Shown: piece by piece, positions 28,816 to 35,643 of the stretch
Layout of the letters: every line of letters begins with the position of its first letter
How positions within the stretch are numbered: the first letter of the stretch is position 1
Assembly: GCA_963792415.1 (NCBI GenBank)
Contig: CAWBVY010000004.1
Location: 160,001-224,000, forward strand
Source of the DNA: Candidatus Deferrimicrobiaceae bacterium
GTDB lineage: Bacteria > Desulfobacterota > Deferrimicrobia > Deferrimicrobiales > Deferrimicrobiaceae
DNA: 64,000 nt
Reading direction: 5' to 3'
The notes under the pieces: model-generated
Told to the model about the DNA's origin: nothing
Databases searched by the model: none
The model's input: the letters and a program-made list of their open reading frames with translations, nothing else
Translations under genes and position numbers: made by a program

Positions 28816-28955
28816 TCCTTGGCGACCTCCCTCTTCGTCCTCTCCTCCCGAACATTGTGGCCGAAGGGCGCCGCGCGGTCCATGCCCTGATTCACGCTCC
28901 CACCCGATCCGGAAGCGGGGATTGCCACGTTCGCGGGAAAATGAGATAAAAAAGC

Positions 28956-29540
28956 GTGGCGAAGCCCGCGAATACGGACCCGGCGGAGTGGGTCGACCGG
29001 TACGGGGACTACCTGTTCCGGTACGCGATGGTCCGGCTGCGGGACCGCCCTTCGGCAGAGGACCTGGTCCAGGAGACATTCCTCGCCGCGCTCAAGGACT
29101 ACGGCTCCTTTTCCGGAAAGTCTTCCGAGTCGACCTGGTTGGTCGGCATCCTGAAACACAAGATCCTCGACCACTTCCGGCGCCAGGCCCGGGAGGCTCC
29201 CGTCGCGGACAGCGATCTCCGGGAGCATCCCGATCCCTCCTCCTTCGACGGGTCGGGACATTGGGCGAAAGGACCGACCGACTGGGGCGGCAACCCGGCG
29301 GACCTCTACCGGGAGAAGAAATTCCTCGATCAGCTCACGAAATGCCTCTCCGGTCTTTCCCCGAACCATGCGAACGCCTTCACCCTCCGGGAGATCGAGG
29401 GGGCGGACACCGGCGAGATCTGTAAGGTTTTGAACGTCACCGAGACCAACCTCTGGGTGATTCTCCACCGCTCGCGGATGCTCCTGCGGCGGTGCCTGGA
29501 GGCCAACTGGTTCGAAAAGAGAGCGGAGAAGGGATCCTGA
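28956..29540 (+). CDS. ECF sigma-70 factor (resembles the Neisseria SigE/TIGR02943 type)
   Basis: YLFRYAMVRLRD, AEDLVQETFLAA, TWLVGILKHKILD and EICKVLNVTETNLWVILHRSR motifs. Confidence 0.9.
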   Translation: MAKPANTDPAEWVDRYGDYLFRYAMVRLRDRPSAEDLVQETFLAALKDYGSFSGKSSESTWLVGILKHKILDHFRRQAREAPVADSDLREHPDPSSFDGSGHWAKGPTDWGGNPADLYREKKFLDQLTKCLSGLSPNHANAFTLREIEGADTGEICKVLNVTETNLWVILHRSRMLLRRCLEANWFEKRAEKGS

Positions 29541-29782
29541 TGCTTTCCTGTAAGGATGTGACAAAGCTCCTCTCCGAGTCGATGGACACCTCTCTGCCCA
29601 TCGGCAAGCGGATCGGCGTGCGCTTCCATCTCCTCATCTGCAAGTTCTGCTTGAGGTACGAACGGCAGCTCCTCCTGATACGCGAAACCGTGCGACGCCT
29701 CGCGGCGACGGAAGGGATTCCAGGAGAAACCCTTTCGGCGGAGACGAGGGAGCGGATCCGGAAATCCCTCGCAACGCCGTAA
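29540..29782 (+). CDS. Small zinc-finger (zf-HC2) anti-sigma factor
   Basis: MLSCKDVTKLLSES...HLLICKFC; TGATG coupling to the sigma gene. Confidence 0.88.
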   Translation: MLSCKDVTKLLSESMDTSLPIGKRIGVRFHLLICKFCLRYERQLLLIRETVRRLAATEGIPGETLSAETRERIRKSLATP

Positions 29783-29882
29783 TCCCCTTCGAACGGGCCC
29801 TCTGCCCGGACCCCTCAACCGCCGTGCGACATTCGGAACCACGGGTGCGTGGCGGGGAAGCAACGCTCGGGATTCCGCACCG

Positions 29883-30614
29883 TTATGCCCCGCGCAGCAG
29901 GAAAAGGATCGGCACGGGAGCGATCGCCAGGCATACGGCGAACAGGTACTTCGGGTAGGGGAAGAGACGGCTCATCCCGGCGACGAGCCCGATCCCCCCG
30001 CCGCCTCCGATGAGGGCGTTGCCGGGAAGGTTGAACAGAACGGCGATGACGAGGTATCGGTGCCGGAGCAGGAAGGGGACGATCCGCGAAGGGACGCTCT
30101 GAAGAAGGAAACGGAGCCGCTCCTCCGGATCGAGGGGCACGAGAACCGCGACCAGGTCCCGGGCCCGGTCGAGGTGGAACCAGTCCAGGGCGCGCACGAG
30201 AATCCGGGGGGGGAGAAGCCGGCCGAGCAGGAAGCTCAGGGTAAGGGCCAGGACCGTCGCAAGATACACGAGGGCGATCCCCGGGCGACCGAACAGAACC
30301 ATGACCATGAGGCCGATTTCGACCCCCGGAAGGAACGGGATCGCAAGGAGAAGCACGTACGCGGCGACGGAGGCGGTCAGCACCGTGAGCGCCATGTTGA
30401 TGTGGCGAGGCCACAACTGAAACGCGATCTGTTTCGCGATCCACCCCATGCCGTAATTCAGGAAGACGAGGACGAGGAGGAAGAGCGCGACCTTGCCCGC
30501 AACCCGCACGCCCCCCCGAGCGCTCTTCCCGACGGATTCCCCCGCAACGCGCGCCTGCTCGCCGGAACGCGTCCCGACGTCGCAGGGGGGAATCCTATCC
30601 GTGCCGGAGGTCAT
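29883..30614 (-). CDS. Membrane protein, distant TVP38/DedA-like
   Basis: LLAIPFLPGVEIG, LSFLLGR and NLPGNALIGGGGGI; several transmembrane segments; ATGA overlap with the upstream gene. Confidence 0.7.
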   Translation of the reverse strand: MTSGTDRIPPCDVGTRSGEQARVAGESVGKSARGGVRVAGKVALFLLVLVFLNYGMGWIAKQIAFQLWPRHINMALTVLTASVAAYVLLLAIPFLPGVEIGLMVMVLFGRPGIALVYLATVLALTLSFLLGRLLPPRILVRALDWFHLDRARDLVAVLVPLDPEERLRFLLQSVPSRIVPFLLRHRYLVIAVLFNLPGNALIGGGGGIGLVAGMSRLFPYPKYLFAVCLAIAPVPILFLLRGA

Positions 30615-31414
30615 TCGGCCGGACCGCCCCGGTACCAGTAGTGCCGATCGACCTTCCAGTACCACCGATCGTGGACCCAATGGGCCGTGGCCTCCATGAC
30701 ATCCCCCCGCACGGTTCCCTCCCAATACATGGCGCCGTGCGTCGGGCTCGTCGTTTCCGCCCGGAAACGGATCCCGTTCCCTTCCACGGCAGCCGAATAG
30801 GACGATTTCCCGAAGTTCTGCTCCACACAACCGCTCGAGACGAACATCCCGTCCCGGAAGATCATGTAATCGTCGTGGTCGGCCGATTTCCCATTTTCCC
30901 CCGTCCGGACGAAGAACGTCCGCCCATCCAGTAGGGTCGAGGTCCCCGTGCCGCGTGCAGACGCACCGGCGGGATTCTTTACCTCCTCCCCCCTGGCCCA
31001 ATACTCCCGCTTCGGATGCGGATCGTACCACTTGGGGGCGTCCGCCCAGGTGTAGCCGACATCGATCTCCCCTCCCCGCACCGTGCCCTCCCAGTGGATC
31101 GTCCCCCGCGATCCGCTCTTCGTGTCGGCCACGAACATGATGCCGTCTTCGCTTTTCGTGGAGACGTAGCCCCCCTCGCGAAATCCGTCCCACTTGTCGC
31201 GGATGGTCGAGCGGAATGTCCCGTTCCGGAAGAGATACACGTCTCTACCGTCAGCCTTTTCTCCCTTCGACCCGTTTTCGACGAGGAATACCATCCCGTC
31301 CAGGGATCCCTGGCCGGCGGATACGTCCCGGGGGATAAAGAACAGGCCGACACACAGGACGATTGCCAGAACCAACCGGTTGCGATTGGCACCCGATAGA
31401 AGTTTCATTTCCAT
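30611..31414 (-). CDS. Exported hypothetical protein with two tandem homologous domains
   Basis: Signal peptide; LDG..F.V..G..G..AD..D...FR.G.F.S ... GI.F.A.T.S...G...WEGTVRG occurs twice. Confidence 0.75.
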   Translation of the reverse strand: MEMKLLSGANRNRLVLAIVLCVGLFFIPRDVSAGQGSLDGMVFLVENGSKGEKADGRDVYLFRNGTFRSTIRDKWDGFREGGYVSTKSEDGIMFVADTKSGSRGTIHWEGTVRGGEIDVGYTWADAPKWYDPHPKREYWARGEEVKNPAGASARGTGTSTLLDGRTFFVRTGENGKSADHDDYMIFRDGMFVSSGCVEQNFGKSSYSAAVEGNGIRFRAETTSPTHGAMYWEGTVRGDVMEATAHWVHDRWYWKVDRHYWYRGGPAE

Positions 31415-31708
31415 ATCGTTTCCCTCTCTGCAACTTCCAACGAAATCGCCGTTCCGGATTTACGGATGCCGCTGGTGCCACCCTGTGGTCACTTATAAAA
31501 CAGGACTTCCCGGAGCCTGATCGAAGTTTCCTGAAGGTAGGATGTCCCGTCAGCTCCTTCCGTTCTCCCCTTGGCGCACAAATCCGCCAAGAGATCGTTT
31601 CCGAGGGTAGCACCCGAAACGACAATGGTCCTGTTTGGTGTGCGACCCTCCAGGGCCGGGGGCGTTCCCCGCCGGAACACATTCCTCGTCGGGATTCCTA
31701 CGTCCCGG

Positions 31709-31734
31709 TGTAAGGATCCCGGGGGGCGATCGAC
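31709..31734 (+). promoter_or_regulatory. Putative ECF promoter TGTAAG-N16-CGAC
   Basis: TGTAAG GATCCCGGGGGGCGAT CGAC, upstream of the short ORF at 31782. Confidence 0.65.
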
Positions 31735-31781
31735 TCATCAACAGGCATCGGATGGTGCCAATCCGGTATTGGAGGTTCTAC

Positions 31782-31928
31782 ATGCAAGGGAAACATAAAA
31801 TTGTACGTTCGCTGTTGGTGGTCGTCATTTCCCTCGTTGCCGGACTCGCCTTGGCGGCAGGGGAACAGCAGGTCTCCCTGAAACCCGACACGGCGGGGGA
31901 AGGAGCATCGTCGCGATCCTCACGATGA
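31782..31928 (+). pseudogene. Signal-peptide-only ORF (48 aa), probable remnant of a truncated exported protein
   Basis: GGAGG RBS, MQGKHKIVRSLLVVVISLVAGLALA-AGEQ signal peptide, stop soon after. Confidence 0.45.
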
Positions 31929-31940
31929 AATGTTTCCCCG

Positions 31941-31966
31941 TGTAAGGAATCTCCCCGGGTCACGAC
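31941..31966 (+). promoter_or_regulatory. Putative ECF promoter TGTAAG-N16-CGAC upstream of msrB-msrA
   Basis: TGTAAG GAATCTCCCCGGGTCA CGAC. Confidence 0.7.
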
Positions 31967-32022
31967 CAACCGGCATCGAGGGGGCAAACAATGCATCTAA
32001 TACGAAACAGGAGGGACGCAGC

Positions 32023-32622
32023 ATGCGATCCAGGACGAACCGCAGGGATTTTCTTCGGCTGATGGGTGCGGCGGCCGGTGTCGCGGTGGGCGCGACGCTA
32101 CCCGCGATCCTCGGCGGCCGGCTCACCGGATCGGGCGGTTTCACCGATACGGCGCGAGCTGCCGAGCGATCCGCGCCGCGTTCGATCCGGGTGTATTCCG
32201 TCGAAAAGGGGAGCTACGTCATGACCCAGACCGTTGTGAAAACGAACGAAGAGTGGAAAAAAATCCTGACGCCCGAGCAGTACCACATCCTGCGGGAGAA
32301 GGGGACGGAGCGGGCTTTCACCGGCAAGTACGACAAGAATCATGAGCACGGAATCTACCGCTGCGCCGGCTGCGAGCTCGAGCTGTACCGTTCGGAAGAG
32401 AAGTACGACTCCAGGACCGGCTGGCCGAGCTTCACGGCGCCGATCGCGCCGGAGAACGTAAGCACCCGGCCCGACAACAGCCTCTTTTCCCGGCGCACCG
32501 AAGTGGTTTGCCCCCGGTGCGACGGACACCTCGGCCACGTGTTCGACGACGGGCCGAAGCCGACCGGAAAGCGATACTGCATGAACTCGGCGGCCCTGCA
32601 GTTCGTCGCCACCGCAAAATAG
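32023..32622 (+). CDS. msrB: Peptide methionine (R)-S-oxide reductase with Tat signal
   Basis: NRRDFLR twin-arginine motif; GTERAFTG, CAGC, GWPSF, CPRC, GHLGHVFDDGP and RYCMNS. Confidence 0.95.
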   Translation: MRSRTNRRDFLRLMGAAAGVAVGATLPAILGGRLTGSGGFTDTARAAERSAPRSIRVYSVEKGSYVMTQTVVKTNEEWKKILTPEQYHILREKGTERAFTGKYDKNHEHGIYRCAGCELELYRSEEKYDSRTGWPSFTAPIAPENVSTRPDNSLFSRRTEVVCPRCDGHLGHVFDDGPKPTGKRYCMNSAALQFVATAK

Positions 32623-32647
32623 ACCGGTCCTCGGGGAGGGGGCTCTT

Positions 32648-33262
32648 ATGAAAACGTTGCTCTTCGGATTGTTTGCGCTTCCCTTGATGCTCGTCGCCGC
32701 CGGTACGGTCAACGCCGCCGCCACCCTCGAAAAAGCGACCTTCGCCGGGGGCTGTTTCTGGTGCATGGAGCACCCGTTCGACGCGTTGCCGGGAGTGGTG
32801 TCGGTCACGTCCGGCTACACGGGAGGGCAGAAGGTGAATCCCACCTATAAAGAGGTCTCGGCCGGCGGGACCGGCCACGCGGAGGCGGTGCAGATCGTCT
32901 ACGACCCTTCGAAGATCCATTACGGGAAGCTTCTCGACGTCTTCTGGCACAACATCGATCCGACCACGGTGGACCGCCAGTTCTGCGATTCCGGCAACCA
33001 GTACCGGTCGGCGATTTTCTACCACACGGAGGAACAGCACAAGGAGGCGTTGCAGTCGAAGGCGGCGCTGGAGAAGTCGAAGCCCTTCAGGGAGCCGGTG
33101 GTCACCGAAATCGTCCCCGCCGGCGAATACTATGCGGCGGAGGAGTACCACCAGCAATACTACAAGAAGAACCCGATCCGGTACCGGTATTACAGGAGCG
33201 GATGCGGCCGGGACCGGAGGCTCAAGGAACTGTGGGGGAGCGCGACCGGAGGGGAAAAGTAG
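32648..33262 (+). CDS. msrA: Peptide methionine (S)-S-oxide reductase, Cys form, with signal peptide
   Basis: FAGGCFWCME, SGYTGG, GHAEAVQ, QFCD and AEEYHQQYY motifs. Confidence 0.95.
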   Translation: MKTLLFGLFALPLMLVAAGTVNAAATLEKATFAGGCFWCMEHPFDALPGVVSVTSGYTGGQKVNPTYKEVSAGGTGHAEAVQIVYDPSKIHYGKLLDVFWHNIDPTTVDRQFCDSGNQYRSAIFYHTEEQHKEALQSKAALEKSKPFREPVVTEIVPAGEYYAAEEYHQQYYKKNPIRYRYYRSGCGRDRRLKELWGSATGGEK

Positions 33263-33296
33263 CAGGGAGACGGCGGGAGGCCCTGCGCGGAGGGCC

Positions 33297-33581
33297 TTAC
33301 CCGCCGCAGCCGCAGGAAGGCTTCGAACCGGTAAGCCACCCGTTCAGGATCGCGGCGGCGCACCCCACGCCCGGATTCACCGAGATCGCCTGCGTCGGGC
33401 AATTCCTCGCGCACGCCCCGCACTCCATGCAGGCGTCGCGGTCGAGGATCCGGGCCTTGCCGTCCGCCACGGCGTAGACCCCGTGAGGACACACCTCCTC
33501 GCACATCCCGCACCCGATGCATGCGGCATCGGCGAGACGCACGGTGGCAACGCCTTCGATATATCGAAACCCGTCCATCAC
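33297..33581 (-). CDS. hgcB: Mercury methylation ferredoxin HgcB
   Basis: Two CX2CX2CX3C motifs including the diagnostic CMECGAC; GVGCAAA; C-terminal CGC; directly downstream of hgcA. Confidence 0.95.
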   Translation of the reverse strand: MMDGFRYIEGVATVRLADAACIGCGMCEEVCPHGVYAVADGKARILDRDACMECGACARNCPTQAISVNPGVGCAAAILNGWLTGSKPSCGCGG

Positions 33582-33600
33582 GATCCCCCCTCGACCGATA

Positions 33601-34731
33601 TCAACGGAGAAACGCCCCCCCGACCCAGAGGAGGCCGGCCACTGCCGTCAGGCCCGCCTGGACGGGAAGGGCCCTGCGCATCTCCTTCTCCACGCCCGAC
33701 GGGGACGTGAACGGCGTCGCACCGGTGAAATTCATTGCGGTGAACGACGAGACCGTCGTCATCGCAAGCAGCAGCGCCAGCGCCGTGGGCGTCTCCAACG
33801 TTCCGCGGTACCACATCACCGCGCAAGCCCCGAGGACGGCTCCCGCCAGACCCCCCTTGACCGAAAACGCCCGCCCGGGAAGCCAGGGGAGAAGCACCGG
33901 GGTCACCACGGCACCCGCCAGGATCCCGGCCGCGAGGACTTCCACCGCGCTGAACCCACGCTCCCAAGCCGCACCGAGGGAGAAGATCCCCGGCCCGACG
34001 CCCGCGAGCAGGAACAGGACGGCCGCCGCCCACCCCGCGGTACGCAATAGACCCGTGATTTCGACCGGCGTCAGGACGAGGCGGTCCATCGTGGGGAAAT
34101 CGACCCTTCGCATCTCCGGAGACGCCTTCAACCCGGCCTCGAGGAACGCACGGATGTCGCAGGCGCGCACCGGACCGTACGCCACCGTGAAGCCGCACCC
34201 TTTCCGGACCTCGTGGGCGGCGACCCCGGGCGCGCCGAGCTGCGGAAGGATCAGCATGCGGTGGCGCACCACCTCCGATAACCGCGCCTCCGTCACCCTG
34301 CGGATCACTTCTCCGGTTCCGAAGGTCCCCTCCCCGGCGGCGCACCAGACGTTGACTCCCGAGGTGTCGAGGACCAGGATCCATGCGTCCAGCCCCGCCG
34401 CGTCGCGGCGCACGACGTCGAAGGTCAATTTATAGTTGGCGGTAACCAGGACGGGCGCGTCCGCCCCCGGTGCCCCCAGCGCGTACAGGCCCGGGACGAC
34501 GCGGTAGCGGTCCCTGCCGATCCCCCACCGAATTTTCCACCGGCCCACGAGGTCGCGCCCCCCGATCCGCGAATGTACGCGGGGAACCGGCCCGGCCGGC
34601 GTCTCCACCTGCCCGGCCACAAACGTATCCTCGTAGCGGGGTACGGCCGTCGACGGCGAACCCCCGCCGCAACAGGGTGATCCCTTCCCGCTCGGGGGCG
34701 CGCAGCACTCCCCGCTCTTCGCTTCGCTCAT
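33601..34731 (-). CDS. hgcA: Mercury methylation corrinoid protein HgcA
   Basis: PVLVTANYKLTFD, cap helix GVNVWCAAGEGTFGT, LILPQLGAPGV, YGPVRA, C-terminal transmembrane helices and NFTGATPFTSPSGVEKEM. Confidence 0.95.
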   Translation of the reverse strand: MSEAKSGECCAPPSGKGSPCCGGGSPSTAVPRYEDTFVAGQVETPAGPVPRVHSRIGGRDLVGRWKIRWGIGRDRYRVVPGLYALGAPGADAPVLVTANYKLTFDVVRRDAAGLDAWILVLDTSGVNVWCAAGEGTFGTGEVIRRVTEARLSEVVRHRMLILPQLGAPGVAAHEVRKGCGFTVAYGPVRACDIRAFLEAGLKASPEMRRVDFPTMDRLVLTPVEITGLLRTAGWAAAVLFLLAGVGPGIFSLGAAWERGFSAVEVLAAGILAGAVVTPVLLPWLPGRAFSVKGGLAGAVLGACAVMWYRGTLETPTALALLLAMTTVSSFTAMNFTGATPFTSPSGVEKEMRRALPVQAGLTAVAGLLWVGGAFLR

Positions 34732-34747
34732 CCCCTCTTCCCCCCCG

Positions 34748-35026
34748 TCATCCTTTCGGGAGCAGGTCCGCCATCAGGGGGCCGAGCACTCCCTTGAGCA
34801 TCGTGCTGAGTTCCTCGACCTTGATCAGCGAGAGGCAGCACACCTTCCCCTCTTTCTCCCAGCCGATCAGCGCCAGCTTGTCGCCCCCCCTGATCCCCGC
34901 CCTGTCCCGGAGATCCTTGGGGAGGACCATCTGCCCCCGCTCGTCCACCGTCACCAGCGACTCGACCTTGCACCCCCCGAACGACGGCGTCGTGCAGCAC
35001 GACCCGCTCTTTCCCTGCTTCCTCAT
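34748..35026 (-). CDS. hgcC: HgcAB-associated AbrB/MazE-like protein (HgcC-type)
   Basis: CC...CKVESLVTVDERGQMVLPKDLRDRAGIRGGDKL (AbrB-type) and VCCL; immediately upstream of hgcA. Confidence 0.8.
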   Translation of the reverse strand: MRKQGKSGSCCTTPSFGGCKVESLVTVDERGQMVLPKDLRDRAGIRGGDKLALIGWEKEGKVCCLSLIKVEELSTMLKGVLGPLMADLLPKG

Positions 35027-35065
35027 GTCCGGGCCTCCCGTGAAGCAACCCCATGAAACCAAAAT

Positions 35066-35120
35066 ATCTGACAAATCAGATTATACTGATAATACTGCCC
35101 GCGGGACGCACCGGTGTCAA
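35066..35120 (-). promoter_or_regulatory. Promoter/operator region of hgcC-hgcA-hgcB
   Basis: TTGACA (35120..35115), tandem CAGTATTAT-CAGTATAAT and palindrome ATCTGA-N4-TCAGAT (35066..35081). TTGACA-to-TATTAT spacing is 20 nt, which is non-canonical. Confidence 0.5.
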
Positions 35121-35247
35121 GTGGGCATTTCACGCCCGGCTTTCCATGCGCCACCGCCCGCGCTTCGTGGTTGACCCCGGTCAAGGACGGGGCGGGGGGG
35201 AAGAGGGAGAGTGAAGCCGTGGAAATCAGGTCCCCGGAGGTACGACG

Positions 35248-35628
35248 ATGAGCGACCCCGTGTTCGCGCGGCCCAGGAACGATCCCGAGTTCGACCCGAA
35301 ACGGTTCCTCCCCCGGCCCCTGTTCGAAAGCCCGGAGATGAAGGTGGTCCGCGCCACGTTCCGCGCGGGGCAATTCATCCCCGTCCACGCCCCGGACGTG
35401 CACGTCGCCCTTTATATCCTTTCCGGGGAAGGGGAAGTGGTCGCCGGGACGGAGCGCCGAAGCGTCACGGAAGGGGATCTCGTCGTTGTCCCGAGGAAGG
35501 TCCGGCGGGGCGTCAAGGCGAAGACCGACATGATCGTGCTGCACGTCGTCTCGCCGTCCCCGACGCAGGCCGACCACGGCGACATGGGGGAGCGGATCGC
35601 CCGCGGGGAGTTCGAACTCCCGGCCTGA
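35248..35628 (+). CDS. Cupin-domain protein
   Basis: GQFIPVHAP, YILSGEG and EGDLVVVP motifs. Confidence 0.8.
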   Translation: MSDPVFARPRNDPEFDPKRFLPRPLFESPEMKVVRATFRAGQFIPVHAPDVHVALYILSGEGEVVAGTERRSVTEGDLVVVPRKVRRGVKAKTDMIVLHVVSPSPTQADHGDMGERIARGEFELPA

Positions 35629-35643
35629 CCCGATCCCCGTCCT

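Noticed and set aside
29421-29575. Extra TGTAAG hexamers inside the ECF sigma and anti-sigma genes
   Set aside because: They lie within coding sequence (Cys-Lys codons) and lack CGAC at +16 (AGAC and TCTC instead).
31926-31928. Sec read-through of the short signal-peptide ORF into msrB
   Set aside because: It is not in frame with msrB, TAA follows after 23 codons, and there is no matching SECIS geometry.
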